From Phormidesmidales cyanobacterium (GTDB lineage: Bacteria > Cyanobacteriota > Cyanobacteriia > Phormidesmidales > Phormidesmidaceae): a DNA stretch of 64,000 nucleotides. The translations under genes and the position numbers were made by a program. A model generated the notes under the pieces. It was not told the origin of the DNA and searched no databases. It worked only from the letters and a program-made list of their open reading frames with translations. Within the stretch, counting starts at the first letter, position 1; each line of letters starts with the position of its first letter. Below, one piece after another: positions 1 through 11,081 of this stretch. The DNA is taken from contig JBBSOB010000001.1 of the NCBI GenBank assembly GCA_038260205.1, positions 85-64,084 on the forward strand. Direction: 5' to 3'.

Positions 1-132
1 CGCAAAAAGACCATCCATCGGGGCCTAATTTAGACAGGCCGGGCGATACTCCGTAGGGGTGGCTCTGCCAACGCTTGCCGGAATTTAGCTCAGATTCAGT
101 GAAGTTGTATAGGTTAGCGTCAGCTTTAAACC

Positions 133-1944
133 ATGAGTCCTCTGATTCTCGAAGGCCGCTTTGAAATTGAAGAGCAGATCAGCCGTACGGATTTTATGGC
201 CGTGTATTTAGCGCGCGATCGCCATTATCTGCATCGCCCTCACTGCATCGTCAAGTCGATTAACTACCGACAGGCCAACATGCGCCACCGCATCGAGCGC
301 GAGGTGCATACGCTAGAGCTGCTAGGCGCACATCCCCAAATTCCTAACGTGCTGGCCTACTTTCATACCGATCATCAGACAGATCAGTCGTCGAACGATG
401 AGGAGCAAGTATTCTACATTGTTCAATCCTGGCTAGGCGGACACCCGATTAGTCGAGAAATTTCTGTCGGTCGCCCGCTGAGCGAAGGCTACGTTAGCAA
501 GCTGTTAAAAGACGTGCTGGTGCCGCTCGTATGCGTTCACGAGCAGGGCGTTGTCCATCAAAACCTGCATCCACAGCATTTAATTCGCCGCGATACCGAC
601 GGCCAGATTTTTTTAACTGAGTTTGGCACCCTTCCCAAGCTAGCTAGAAGTACCGTCGACGAATCCGGGGCGCTCACTAGCAGCGTTCCCATCAGCCCTC
701 AGCCCTACAGCGCTCCCGAACTACTTCAGCAAAACCCGCAGCCCGCCAGCGACCTCTATTCGCTGGGCCTAATTGCCATCGAAGCGCTCACCGGCCTGCA
801 CCACCAAGACTTAGACTTCGATCCGGTGAAGGGGTTGCTCTGGCGAGAACATGTTACGCATGGCGAAGGCATTGATGGCCAGGCGAGTCGATCGCTAGCA
901 GAATTTATTGACCGGTTGGTGCGGCATGATTGGCGCGATCGCTTTGAACAGGCCCAAGACGCGCTCTCGCAGCTAAAAGTAGTGCGCGATCGCCATCAAA
1001 TAGCCCAAGACAGTCGCTTTCCCACCGTAGTCGCGGCCCCTGGCAAACAGGCGACCAGCTTCGGCCGAACCACCCAAACGACCAATCTAGAAACCACGGC
1101 CCTGACCGCCTGGCCCCACGCCGCCGCCAAAACCCGACAGAATAACCGGCAGAATAATCGGCAAAACAACCTTCCCTATCCGCTGAACTTGGCCGTGGGT
1201 GGCCCCAAATCTGCGACTGAAACCGTTAGCCATCTCTCTCACCGCTATTCCTACGGCAACAGCCAAAAGACCAACCCTTATCTCGTGAAGTGGGCCATCG
1301 GCAGCGTTGCGGTTTTGATCGCCCTCGGCATCGGCGTTAAAACCTATCGCTGGGGAGAATACCGCATCAGTCGTCTGCCCCAAAGCTGGAGCGATTGGGC
1401 CGCCCCTTCTAGCCAATCCGCTTATCCAGCCGCCGACGCTGCGCAGCTTGTGCCGCTGTTTTTGGGAGACAGCAGCCTCTTACTCCAGCCCGCTGCGGCG
1501 ACTGCTTACTGGCAAATGTCTGCTGCTGCTGCCGCTGATGGCATCCAGCTATATGCACTGTCTGGCTACCGCAGCGAACCAGAAGCGCCGCCGCCTAGTT
1601 CTATAGATACCCAAGATGCGCAAAGACAGGCCCAAGAACAGGCCCAAGATCAGGAGCAGGCCCAGCAAGATGCCAAAGAAAGCGCCCGTAACGCCGCCGA
1701 CTATCACACCGGCTATGCGCTAGACATTGGCGGCGCATCCGAAAGCACCGACCGTCAGCTCTCGTTTGCCAAAACGGAGGACTACAAGTGGCTAACCAAC
1801 AACGCCAAGCTATATGGCTTTGAGCTATCTACCACCGCCTCACCGCTTAAGCGAGGACTCTTAGGAGCTGCCTCAGATCAGCCCTGGCACTGGCGCTATG
1901 TGGGAGATGCAGCTAGCCAGGCAGTTTTTGCCCCTAATAAATAG
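133..1944 (+). CDS. Membrane protein: N-terminal Ser/Thr pseudokinase, one TM helix, C-terminal VanY/M15B D,D-carboxypeptidase-like domain with degenerate active site
   Basis: Kinase scaffold motifs IVK, REVHTL..HPQIP, YSAPE and SDLYSLG are present, but the catalytic loop reads HQNLHPQH and DFG reads EFG. TM segment WAIGSVAVLIALGIGV. C-terminal SGYRS, YHTGYALDIG and QPWHWRY resemble VanY SGYRS, EHxTGxAxD and EPWHWRY. Confidence 0.85.
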   Translation: MSPLILEGRFEIEEQISRTDFMAVYLARDRHYLHRPHCIVKSINYRQANMRHRIEREVHTLELLGAHPQIPNVLAYFHTDHQTDQSSNDEEQVFYIVQSWLGGHPISREISVGRPLSEGYVSKLLKDVLVPLVCVHEQGVVHQNLHPQHLIRRDTDGQIFLTEFGTLPKLARSTVDESGALTSSVPISPQPYSAPELLQQNPQPASDLYSLGLIAIEALTGLHHQDLDFDPVKGLLWREHVTHGEGIDGQASRSLAEFIDRLVRHDWRDRFEQAQDALSQLKVVRDRHQIAQDSRFPTVVAAPGKQATSFGRTTQTTNLETTALTAWPHAAAKTRQNNRQNNRQNNLPYPLNLAVGGPKSATETVSHLSHRYSYGNSQKTNPYLVKWAIGSVAVLIALGIGVKTYRWGEYRISRLPQSWSDWAAPSSQSAYPAADAAQLVPLFLGDSSLLLQPAAATAYWQMSAAAAADGIQLYALSGYRSEPEAPPPSSIDTQDAQRQAQEQAQDQEQAQQDAKESARNAADYHTGYALDIGGASESTDRQLSFAKTEDYKWLTNNAKLYGFELSTTASPLKRGLLGAASDQPWHWRYVGDAASQAVFAPNK

Positions 1945-1966
1945 CTGACAGTGGCCCTCGACTGGT

Positions 1967-2034
1967 CAGTTTTATCAGATCAGTTTTGTCAGATCAGTTT
2001 TGTCAGATCAGTTCTGCCAGGTCAGTTCTGCCAA
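1967..2034 (+). repeat. Tandem 14-bp repeat, about 5 copies (CAGTTYTRYCAGRT)
   Basis: CAGTTTTATCAGAT, CAGTTTTGTCAGAT x2, CAGTTCTGCCAGGT, CAGTTCTGCCAA read directly between the kinase-like gene and the P450. Confidence 0.9.
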
Positions 2035-2066
2035 TAGAGTAAAAAACAACCCATTAAGGTGCCATT

Positions 2067-3548
2067 ATGACAAGTGCGATCGCCCAAAAACCGACCCTAA
2101 CCGTCCCTGGCCCTCCCCCTACGCCACTTCTAGGTGCAGCTCCCAACCTTCTCCGGTTCGCCAAAGACCCCATTGCCTACACGCGCCAGCTATTCGAGAA
2201 GTACGGCAATGTAGTTTCCTTGGTAGAAGGAGGCGGCACCCGGCTCTATTCTCACTATCCAGATTGTCCCGGCACCGTGTTTGCCTGTGGCCCCGAGGTG
2301 GTGCGTCAGGTCGCAACCCAGCCAGATGTTTTCTACAAATGTCCGCTTACTGGCCCGCTGTATCGCTTTCGCCATGAGTCGGCGCGGGCCAAGCCGCTAA
2401 ATCACTTTTTGGTGGGCCTCTTTGGCGACAACGAAGCGGCGCATAAGAAACAGCGCAAGCTAATGATGCCAGCCTTTCACCATCAGCGATTGGGCAGCTA
2501 CTTGCAAGATATGGTGGCCATCACCGCAGATGAATTGGACAAGTTGGGAGTGGGGCAGGTGCAGGATCTAGCAGCCACAATGCAACAGGTGACGCTGCGA
2601 ATTGCGGCCAAGTCTCTTCTTGGGGAAGATATTGGCCCAGAAGGCGCGAGCGCGGGAGAGATATTACATGCGGCCTTAGATATTCAGGGCAGCTTGGCGA
2701 TGGAATTTCTGCGGTATGATTTGCCAGGACTACCGTGGCGTCGCTATTTGAATCTAGTGGCAAAGTACGAGCAGTCGATGAAAGCGCTGTTGGATGCTAA
2801 AAGGGCGCGAGGATGCGACGAGCCTGATGTGCTCTCTATGCTGATGCAGGTGCAAGATGAGGAAACGCAAGAAAAGTTAAGCGAGGAAGAGTTGCTAGGT
2901 CATTTGGGCGTGATTTTTATTGCGGGTCATGATACCAGCGCCAATGCACTGACTTGGACATTATTTTTACTCTCTCAGCATCCGCAGATTATGGCCGATT
3001 TATTAGATGAACTAGAGGGCGTTTTGCAAGGAGATGCGCCAAATTTAGAACAACTTAAAAGCTTGCCGCTGCTAGAGCGCGTGATAAAAGAGAGTATGCG
3101 AGTGCTTGCGCCTGTGCCCTGGAATGCTCGGGTTACCGCTAAACCTACTGAGCTAGGTGGCTATAGTCTGCCGACCGGGACGGAAGTGTTGGTTAGCATT
3201 GCTCAAACGCATCACATGAGCGATTTGTACCCAAACCCAGCGTCTTTTGACCCAAGTCGGTGGGAGACGATTACGCCGACAGCTTACGAGTCCAATCCGT
3301 TTAGCGCGGGGCCTCGGGTTGGTATTGGTGCGGGCGGTGCGAGGTGGGAGATGAACATTATGTTGGCGATGCTGCTACAGCGATACCGGCTGGAGTTTGT
3401 GCCTGAGAACCCAATAGACCGCGCGGGAACGATTGTGATGCGGCCTAAGCATGGCATGTCGATGAGGGTGCATAAGCAGGATCGTCAGTTTGATGCGGGC
3501 GTGGGTGCGGTGCAGGGAAATATTCGCGATATGGTGAATTTGCCTTAG
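2067..3548 (+). CDS. Cytochrome P450 (heme-ligand Cys codon reads GGT/Gly in this sequence)
   Basis: PGPPPTP hinge, I-helix IAGHDTSA, K-helix KESMR (ExxR), FDPSRW meander, and heme loop FSAGPRVGIG (canonical FxxGxRxCxG). Confidence 0.9.
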   Translation: MTSAIAQKPTLTVPGPPPTPLLGAAPNLLRFAKDPIAYTRQLFEKYGNVVSLVEGGGTRLYSHYPDCPGTVFACGPEVVRQVATQPDVFYKCPLTGPLYRFRHESARAKPLNHFLVGLFGDNEAAHKKQRKLMMPAFHHQRLGSYLQDMVAITADELDKLGVGQVQDLAATMQQVTLRIAAKSLLGEDIGPEGASAGEILHAALDIQGSLAMEFLRYDLPGLPWRRYLNLVAKYEQSMKALLDAKRARGCDEPDVLSMLMQVQDEETQEKLSEEELLGHLGVIFIAGHDTSANALTWTLFLLSQHPQIMADLLDELEGVLQGDAPNLEQLKSLPLLERVIKESMRVLAPVPWNARVTAKPTELGGYSLPTGTEVLVSIAQTHHMSDLYPNPASFDPSRWETITPTAYESNPFSAGPRVGIGAGGARWEMNIMLAMLLQRYRLEFVPENPIDRAGTIVMRPKHGMSMRVHKQDRQFDAGVGAVQGNIRDMVNLP

Positions 3549-3738
3549 CGCCAGAATGGACTTTCTCTGCGATTGGGGTAGTTGATGATGAAACTGAGAT
3601 CGACAAGGATGGGGAGACTGGATTAGGCTTCGTCTTCTGACTTGACTTATGGAAAACTCCTTTTGAGGCGATCGCTTCTATCAGCCTCACAAACAAACGC
3701 GATCGCTCTCCATTCAAACGATCTGCGACTGCATTAAG

Positions 3739-5280
3739 TTAGTGAGGTGCGATCGCTCTTCTCTCACCCAGCCGCTTCAGGCCACGAGCCAACCGACTCA
3801 GCAGTATGAGCAGCACCACTATTTGCAAAGCCCAGCCAATGCCAATACCCAACGCCGCCGATTCTACGCCCGACTGCTTAGCAACGCCCAACGGCAGACC
3901 AAAGAATGTCCAAATCGCCATTTCAGCCGCGGTCATAGAGCCATCCATGCCGATATTGAGAACGCTCAAAAAGATCGGTGGGACAACGGCTATGGTCGCC
4001 ACGGTGCCGACGGCCCACACAAAAGGCGCTCTTAGCTTTGAGCCGAAAATAAGCTGCACAATGGTGGCGTAAATTAAGGCGCAGGTGCCCAAGCTCAGCG
4101 CCGCTAATATCAACGGCAAAACCGAGATCTCTTGGCCTCTATCGACGATTAAAATCCAGGGCACAATCAGCGCACCGGCGATCGCCGCACTAATGAAAAT
4201 AGAGAATACAGAAGGGCTGTTGTCGTTCCATATCCAGTCGGGGATGCTGCCGCCTCGCGCCCGGCTCCAGTCGATCAGGGTTTGTCGGGTAGGAGCGATC
4301 GCGAAAATTAGCAAGAAGGCGATTCCCACATTCAGCGCAAACGCTGCTATAGCAAAGCCAAAAACGCGGTCTCCAGTCGATGCGAACAAATCGCTTTGAA
4401 AGAAACCCCACAGCAGCACATTCAGGTAAGCCACTATGACGTAGCTAATGCGTTTGCTTAGCAGCGTTGCCTGCGGAATTCGAAACGTTCGCAGCAGCAC
4501 CCGCCAGGTTAAAAATGTACCAATGGCCAAATTACCCAGCGTAAACAAATGCGCGATTATCAAGTTACCGACAATCGGTAAGTACAGCCATTGCACCAAC
4601 CGATCCGGCTGCGATCCTGAATAAAACCCTGTAGGCAGCGCCGAATGCCCCTGAAATCCCCACCAGGTAGCAAACGAATTCCAGGTCATAAATATCGGTG
4701 TAATAGCAATTAGGGCCAATATTGCAAAGGCGATCGCGTTCAACGCCTGCTGCTTCCCAAACGGCGAAGCACTCCCCACAAAGCCAAACAGCAGCGCCAG
4801 CGTATATACAAACGCCGTACCAAACGTCAGCAAGACGTAATAGCTGATAAACCACAACACCGAAACGTCGCCCAACAAGCCCGAAATGATATGCAGCGGC
4901 ACCGCCGTCAGAGCCAAAATGGCAGGCAGCAGCGGAACGCCCAGCAGCTTACCCAGCAAAATTTCCTGCGCCGGACGCGGGCTAAGCCGAATAAAATTCA
5001 GCGTCCCCGTTCTATCTTCTTTCGACAGATCGTCAACAATATAAAACCCGCCCAGCACAAACAGCGCGTAGGGCATCATCCAGCTCAGCGCCTGACAAAC
5101 ATAGCGCTGGTCTGCGGGCACAATTTCGCCGCCGAGTCCTGCGATTGAAATGTACAGCAGAAACTGAACAATGAGTGAAAGGGCGATCGCCGCAATTACA
5201 CTACGAGACTTGAGTCGACCCCGGCATTCTCTCAAAAATTGCGGGTTACGCTTACCAATCCGGTCAGTCCATTGAGTCAT
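3739..5280 (-). CDS. ABC-2 type exporter permease, multi-TM
   Basis: 513 aa with many hydrophobic helices, an EDRTGTLNFIRLSP..ILLGKLLG motif typical of ABC-2 permeases, directly downstream of an ABC ATPase. Confidence 0.8.
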   Translation of the reverse strand: MTQWTDRIGKRNPQFLRECRGRLKSRSVIAAIALSLIVQFLLYISIAGLGGEIVPADQRYVCQALSWMMPYALFVLGGFYIVDDLSKEDRTGTLNFIRLSPRPAQEILLGKLLGVPLLPAILALTAVPLHIISGLLGDVSVLWFISYYVLLTFGTAFVYTLALLFGFVGSASPFGKQQALNAIAFAILALIAITPIFMTWNSFATWWGFQGHSALPTGFYSGSQPDRLVQWLYLPIVGNLIIAHLFTLGNLAIGTFLTWRVLLRTFRIPQATLLSKRISYVIVAYLNVLLWGFFQSDLFASTGDRVFGFAIAAFALNVGIAFLLIFAIAPTRQTLIDWSRARGGSIPDWIWNDNSPSVFSIFISAAIAGALIVPWILIVDRGQEISVLPLILAALSLGTCALIYATIVQLIFGSKLRAPFVWAVGTVATIAVVPPIFLSVLNIGMDGSMTAAEMAIWTFFGLPLGVAKQSGVESAALGIGIGWALQIVVLLILLSRLARGLKRLGERRAIAPH

Positions 5281-5339
5281 AATGATACGAGATAAGTTTC
5301 ACGAGATAAATTTCAATAGTTGCTAGTCTCTCCATCCCT

Positions 5340-6302
5340 TTAAGCCGTCTGCTTATACCCTAGCCGCATAAAGATATCTTCCAAACTCTCCTGCGTATAA
5401 TGAAACTCACTAATTCGAACGCCCTCTTGCACCAGCACTCGCAGCAAATCCGCCGCCGCTTCCTCCGACCCCGAAAAAGTTACGCCCAGCTTCCCAGACT
5501 CTCCTAGCCGCCCTCTCTCAATGCGCTCATATTTCTCCACCAGCGGATGCTCCTGCAAAAAGATCTCAATCGTCGACTGCTCACCCAATACGCCAATTAG
5601 CAGCCGCTGCCCCTCTTTTTTATAGAGCGAATCTAGCCTACCGCTTTCCACCAACCGGCCTTGCTCCATAATGCCAATGTTGGAACAAAAGTCTTCCAAA
5701 TCGCTGAGAATATGCGAAGAAATCAGAATCGTCATACCCTCCGCCTGCAAGCGCTTAATCGTTTTGCAATATTCCACGCGAGCAATTGGATCTAAACCCG
5801 AAACCGGCTCATCTAACAACAACAGCTTAGGCCGATGAATGACCGTACGCGCCAAACTCAGCCGCTGCTTCATCCCCCGCGAAAGACTGCCAATTAGGCT
5901 GTTTCGCTTATTCTCTAGCTGCACTAGCGCCAAAACATCGCCAATTCGCGGATGCAGCGCCGCAGGTTCGAGATAATAGAGCTGACCAAAATATTCTAAA
6001 TACTGCTGCACCGTCAGGTCGTCGTACAGCGGAAAATCGTCCGGCAAGTAGCCAATGCGTCTTTTAATCTCTGGGTTGGGCTGAGCGCGAATGACTGGCT
6101 TGCCGTCGATATAAATCTCGCCCACCGTCGGATTATCGGCCATTGCCAGCAGCCGTATCAGCGTGGTTTTGCCTGCGCCGTTGGGGCCAATGAGTCCGTA
6201 TACCTCGCCCTCACGGACTTGCAAACTCACTTCGCTGACTGCCGCATAGTCATCAAACTGCTTAGTGAGCTGGTGGGTCGAAATGACAAGATTATCGGTC
6301 AT
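5340..6302 (-). CDS. ABC transporter ATP-binding protein
   Basis: Walker A GPNGAGKTT, signature LSRGMKQ, Walker B LLLDEP, H-loop SSH. Confidence 0.95.
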   Translation of the reverse strand: MTDNLVISTHQLTKQFDDYAAVSEVSLQVREGEVYGLIGPNGAGKTTLIRLLAMADNPTVGEIYIDGKPVIRAQPNPEIKRRIGYLPDDFPLYDDLTVQQYLEYFGQLYYLEPAALHPRIGDVLALVQLENKRNSLIGSLSRGMKQRLSLARTVIHRPKLLLLDEPVSGLDPIARVEYCKTIKRLQAEGMTILISSHILSDLEDFCSNIGIMEQGRLVESGRLDSLYKKEGQRLLIGVLGEQSTIEIFLQEHPLVEKYERIERGRLGESGKLGVTFSGSEEAAADLLRVLVQEGVRISEFHYTQESLEDIFMRLGYKQTA

Positions 6303-6600
6303 AAGTCTTTCCCAAGGTGGCTGAATACAGCGCGAACGCTGATATTGACGGAAGTATACTCAATTCGACGCGAATGCTTCAATTGCAGTCTAGGGGCTTA
6401 CCTTACCGGGGATTGAGACGAAATGCTATAGGTCTGCACTCTGCTACCCAGTGGCGGCGGCTTTGCTGGGCTTTTGGCCGAGGCGATCGCCTTAAGTAAC
6501 TTAACAAAACCTAGCATCAGCGCCAGAGAGTAGAAGAGGCGGTTACGTCCTTTAGGTACGTCATTTAGGTAGGACTTCAAAGCAGCCTGCATACTCACGC

Positions 6601-6630
6601 AAAAAAAAGGAGCGAGCTTTCGCCCACCCC
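6601..6630 (-). terminator. Rho-independent terminator after chlH
   Basis: Minus strand reads GGGGTGGGC-GAAA-GCTCGCTCC-T8, about 35 nt past the chlH stop. Confidence 0.75.
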
Positions 6631-6664
6631 CTTTCATTCAGCATATCGTGGTTAAGGCGATCGC

Positions 6665-9600
6665 CTATTCAACCCCTTCAATCCGATTTTCCACTTCCTC
6701 GTATAGCTCCTGAAGCTTTTCAATGTTCTCATCACTGGTTTCCCAGTAGCCGCGACCATTCACTTCTAGCAGCGTCGTCACCATCCGGCGGAACGAGTTC
6801 GGGTTCAAGTCCATCAGCCGCTTACACATCTCCGGATCGTTAATGAAGGTGTCATTTGTATCCTCATACACCCAGTTATCCACCGCGTCCGCCGTCGCCG
6901 ACCAACCCATCGTGTTCACTAGGCGATTGGAGAGTTCGCGCACGCCTTCATAGCCGTTAGCGAGCATGCCCTCATACCACTTGGGGTTCAGCAGCTTTGT
7001 GCGCGCATCTAGTCGGACGGTTTCAGAGAGCGATCGCACCTGAGCATTCGCTGTCGTCGTATCCGCAATAAACGAAGTCGGCTTCTTGCCGTCCTCTCTC
7101 AAACTCGCCACCACCTTAGTCGGGTCAGAGTCAAAGTAGTGAGATACGTCAGTGAGAGAGATCTCCGAGGAATCCAGGTTTTGGAAAGTTACATCCGCCG
7201 TCTTCAGCGAAGCTTCTAACAATCCGCGAGATTGTTCCATCATCCCCGGATTGTCGCAGTTAAAGGCAAAAGACTTCCGCGCCAAATACATATCGCGCAG
7301 TTCTTGCTCTTCTTCCCAACTGCTGTTCTCCACGGCCAAATTCACGTTCGCCGCATAAGATCCCGACGCATTCGAGAAAATTCTCGTCGCCGCATCGCGC
7401 AAAGACAGGCCAAACTCTTCAGCTTGATCAATCGCATGTTTGCGCACAAAGTTCATTTCCAAAGGCTCCTCAGCCTCAGCCGCCATTTTCACCGCCCGAT
7501 CTAGCAGCGCCATCTGATTTACAAACAAATCGCGGAACACGCCCGAACAGTTAATCACAATGTCAATTCGAGGCCGACCCAATTCCTCTAAAGAAATCAG
7601 CTCCAGCTTGTTCATCCGACCTAGCGAATCTGGCACCGGCTTCACGCCGACAAACCACATCATCTGAGCCAAAGACTCACCGTACGTTTTGATATTGTCC
7701 GTACCCCAAAGCACGGTCGCAATCGTCTCCGGATAAGCGCCGTCGTTTTCAGCTCTTTGTCGATCCAACAGGCGATCTACCACAATTTTGGCAGATTGCA
7801 CCGCCGCCGAAGTCGGAATAGACTGCGGATCGAGCGCATGCATGTTTTTACCCGTTGGCAAGACATCCGGGTTGCGGATCGGATCGCCACCAGGGCCAGG
7901 CAGAATGTACTCGCCGTCTAGCGCGCTCAGCAAAGAGTCCAGTTCGTTATCGGCCACTACCTGCTTCAGGCAATATTGCAAAAACTCAAACAGCGGCTTT
8001 AGCGAATCGTTCTCGACTTTGGTGTAGCCCGCCTCGTGCAGCGCCTTTGTCCAGGGGTCTTTCGAGCCGCCAAAGTTGAACATAGAAAGCATCGACTTCT
8101 TAGAAATCCGGCCTTCTTCGTCCATCTGTTGCTCTACCATCGCAGTCACAGCGGTGCGAATGGCCGCGTTGATGTCGTATAAGAGCTGTACGTCTTCTAA
8201 GTTGCCGCGATCGCTGTTGTAATAAATCTCGTCAATATCGCGACCCAAACTCTCCGCCACAATCCGCTGCAAGCTCTTCTGTTCTTCTTCAGCGCGATCC
8301 AAAGCAGAGATATTGACTAGCGTTGCGATCGCCTCTTCCGCAGTCGGCGGCTTACCCACCACATGCAGCCCGCAAGGCAACAGCCGAGACTCAATCTCCA
8401 TCAATTTGATGTAGACCTTACCGACTAACGTATCGCGCTCTTCTTTACTCAAGCCGCCCGCATCTTCCGCCGGCAATTCAATATCCTTATCCAGGTTGAC
8501 CTGTCGCGCCTTCTCAATGATCGCATTCACAATCGGCAGGCCGCGACCGCCCTCTTTCAACGTCTGATAAGACCCAATTAGCTCGCTCAGCTCTTTCAGG
8601 CCCTTATACAAGCCCGCATTCTCAGCGGGCGGCGTCAAATAGCTAATCGTAGACGCATAGCCTCGACGCTTCGCAATCGTCGCCTCGGAAGGGTTATTTG
8701 CCGCGTAGTAATACAGGTTGGGCGTATTGCCAATTAGGTTGTCGGGGTAGCACTTCCCAGACATTCCCATCTGCTTACCGGGCATAAATTCTAGCGAGCC
8801 GTGCGTCCCAAAGTGCAGCACCGCATCCGCCTTCCAAATTTTCTCCAGGTAAGTGTAATAAGCCGCAAACCCGTGGTGTGGACTCGCCGACCGGGAGAAC
8901 AGCAGTCTCATCGGATCGCCCTCGTAGCCGAACGTGGGCTGCACACCAATAAACACGTTGCCAAAGGTCTTGCCGTAAACCAACAGGTTTTGGCCGTCTG
9001 TATTGAGCTGTCCTGGCGGTGGCCCCCAGTTCTCTTCTAGTCGCTCAGAATAAGGCGTCAGTTCCTCATATTCTGCTACCGACATCTTATGCGCAATGTT
9101 CAAGTTAGGGCTGTTGAACTGCGCCCGCGCATCGTGAATTACGGCCTGCATCAGCGCTTCAGGCGTTTCGGGCATATCCTCAATGGTGTAGCCCTTTTTC
9201 TGCATCTCTTCCATCACGCGATAGATAGAGCCAAACACGTTCAAATAAGCCGCTGTACCCACGTTGCCTTTATCCGGCGGAAAGCTAAATACCGTGATTG
9301 CCAGCTTTTTGTCTATTCTGGGCAGTTTGCGCAACCGTGCCCATTTTAGCGATCGCGTCGAAATTGCCTCAACCCGGTCTTGCAGCGTAATCGCCCGACC
9401 GGTCATGCCATCGCGACCCGACATAATAATCGGCTCAATCGCCCCGTCCAGCTCAGGAATCGCCATTTGCAGCGCCACCTGAATTGGGTGTAGGCCCAGG
9501 TCACTCGCTTCCCACTCTTCTGTCGTCTGAAAAACCAGCGGCAAAGAAACCATATAAGGACGGTTCAATCGCTTCAGCGCGTCAATGGCCTTGGGATGAT

Positions 9601-10666
9601 CTTGACGAGCCGGGCCACCGACCAAAGCAAATCCGGTCAGAGAAACAACAGAATCTACCAGCGCTTCGTCAGGATTCAGCGGATCGTAGAAAAACTGTTC
9701 TACGGGCTTAGAAAAGTCTAGGCCACCGGCAAAGACAGGAATCACGCGCGCGCCTTTGTACTCCAGCTCCTGCACAATCGCCACATAGTGCGCCTCATCG
9801 CCCGTTACCAGGTGCGTCCGCTGCAGCACCAGGCCCACGCAGGGCGCATTCTCATTGCGAGAGATCTCAGGAATATCGCTGCGCGAGTCGTACCAGTTCA
9901 AATATTCGCGCACGTCTTCAAACATGGTGGGCGCGAGCGGATGCCAAATGCCCGTATCGGGATAGGTCACCGGCTCCTCAAAGGTCAGGCCGTCATCTTT
10001 AGGCGCGCCTTTAATGTCTTTGTCTGTCAGCACGTAGCGGTCAGACAGCATCAGGAGAAAATTCTCCAGGTTCTCGGCGGAACCGCCCAGCCAATATTGA
10101 AAGCTCAGCATGAAGTTGCGAGCGTCCTGAGCTTTTTCCACCGGCAAATACTTCAGCACTTTCGGCAGCGTCCGCAGCAGCTTCAGCATGGCGTCTTCAA
10201 AGCCACTGCCTTCTTTCTTGCGCTTCTTCTTCATGAAGTCGCCGATTACGCTTTTAGACTGACCGAGCTGAGACATGTTGAAAGTACCCAGCTTGTTCAG
10301 GCGCATTACCTGCGGCATCGAAGGGAACACCACGGCGGCATCAAGGCGATCGCGATGCGGTTTCACAGCAGCTTCTACTTTCTCCGCTAGCTCTTCTACA
10401 AAAATCAGCGAGCCAATGAATATATTCGCTTCGGCAATATCTCGTTTAAATGCCTCGAAATTATCCGCGTTGCGCAGCTCCTCAATCAGGTAGCCGCTAA
10501 TTTCTATCGCAATCTGCGAATTATTGTCATTAATAGAGCGCACCGCCGCAGACAAAGAGCTTTGATACTGAGGCTCCAACACAACGTAGACAACTTTAAC
10601 CAGATATCGCTCGCCGACATTCTCGGGGGCGATGTGTCTAATGTCAGGGCGAACCTGAGTAAACAT
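6665..10666 (-). CDS. chlH: Magnesium chelatase subunit H
   Basis: 1333 aa starting [12 protein letters not shown].., with [36 protein letters not shown] and [11 protein letters not shown], all characteristic of ChlH. Confidence 0.97.
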   Translation of the reverse strand: MFTQVRPDIRHIAPENVGERYLVKVVYVVLEPQYQSSLSAAVRSINDNNSQIAIEISGYLIEELRNADNFEAFKRDIAEANIFIGSLIFVEELAEKVEAAVKPHRDRLDAAVVFPSMPQVMRLNKLGTFNMSQLGQSKSVIGDFMKKKRKKEGSGFEDAMLKLLRTLPKVLKYLPVEKAQDARNFMLSFQYWLGGSAENLENFLLMLSDRYVLTDKDIKGAPKDDGLTFEEPVTYPDTGIWHPLAPTMFEDVREYLNWYDSRSDIPEISRNENAPCVGLVLQRTHLVTGDEAHYVAIVQELEYKGARVIPVFAGGLDFSKPVEQFFYDPLNPDEALVDSVVSLTGFALVGGPARQDHPKAIDALKRLNRPYMVSLPLVFQTTEEWEASDLGLHPIQVALQMAIPELDGAIEPIIMSGRDGMTGRAITLQDRVEAISTRSLKWARLRKLPRIDKKLAITVFSFPPDKGNVGTAAYLNVFGSIYRVMEEMQKKGYTIEDMPETPEALMQAVIHDARAQFNSPNLNIAHKMSVAEYEELTPYSERLEENWGPPPGQLNTDGQNLLVYGKTFGNVFIGVQPTFGYEGDPMRLLFSRSASPHHGFAAYYTYLEKIWKADAVLHFGTHGSLEFMPGKQMGMSGKCYPDNLIGNTPNLYYYAANNPSEATIAKRRGYASTISYLTPPAENAGLYKGLKELSELIGSYQTLKEGGRGLPIVNAIIEKARQVNLDKDIELPAEDAGGLSKEERDTLVGKVYIKLMEIESRLLPCGLHVVGKPPTAEEAIATLVNISALDRAEEEQKSLQRIVAESLGRDIDEIYYNSDRGNLEDVQLLYDINAAIRTAVTAMVEQQMDEEGRISKKSMLSMFNFGGSKDPWTKALHEAGYTKVENDSLKPLFEFLQYCLKQVVADNELDSLLSALDGEYILPGPGGDPIRNPDVLPTGKNMHALDPQSIPTSAAVQSAKIVVDRLLDRQRAENDGAYPETIATVLWGTDNIKTYGESLAQMMWFVGVKPVPDSLGRMNKLELISLEELGRPRIDIVINCSGVFRDLFVNQMALLDRAVKMAAEAEEPLEMNFVRKHAIDQAEEFGLSLRDAATRIFSNASGSYAANVNLAVENSSWEEEQELRDMYLARKSFAFNCDNPGMMEQSRGLLEASLKTADVTFQNLDSSEISLTDVSHYFDSDPTKVVASLREDGKKPTSFIADTTTANAQVRSLSETVRLDARTKLLNPKWYEGMLANGYEGVRELSNRLVNTMGWSATADAVDNWVYEDTNDTFINDPEMCKRLMDLNPNSFRRMVTTLLEVNGRGYWETSDENIEKLQELYEEVENRIEGVE

Positions 10667-10680
10667 GCAGTGAACTCCTA

Positions 10681-10710
10681 AAGTGGGAATGGCAAAAGTG
10701 GGAATGGCAG
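10681..10710 (+). repeat. 15-bp direct repeat x2 just upstream of the chlH start
   Basis: AAGTGGGAATGGCAA AAGTGGGAATGGCAG. Confidence 0.8.
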
Positions 10711-11081
10711 GTGAAATGAAAGCGACATGACCACCGAAACAAATGTTTACAAAACCTCAGAATTGAGGTAAAGACAGTTTTCGACAGTCATCATTAATTT
10801 TTCCTATCTTCATAATGTTTTACCAGAAAACCTTGTCATAAAAGGTTTTACGGCTTTCAAGATACAAATTGACATATTTGCGACCGATTTTTGTAAATAT
10901 TTGTTTCAACTACTTGAAGTATTCTCTCAGTCTTCCGTTGCATAAATTAAAGTTATTTATAACCGAGATAGATTATTCTTATCTATCGTTTTTTTCCAGG
11001 CGGTTCTATCGCGTTCGCATTCTAAACACCGCTATTCTAAGAAGCAGATTCAGTTGGGTCATAGCAGAGGGTGGAAAAGCA

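Noticed and set aside
1967-2034. Tandem arrays (also 22731-22794 and 26075-26150) as possible CRISPR arrays
   Set aside because: Units are 13-16 bp and directly adjacent with no unique spacers, and no cas genes are in the window.
6317-6637. Short ORFs between the ABC ATPase and chlH (6317-6499 plus, 6398-6637 minus)
   Set aside because: No recognisable motif or RBS, and the minus ORF runs through the chlH terminator.
7152-10493. Multiple plus-strand ORFs inside chlH, and similar ones inside gyrA, ppk1, lysC and dnaK
   Set aside because: Antisense or alternate-frame ORFs expected from GC-rich codon bias, with no motifs.
10869-11081. N-terminal extension of the CSP41-like ORF in the ORF track
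   Set aside because: AT-rich promoter-like DNA. Homology-like sequence begins at GTG 11082 with a purine-rich RBS.
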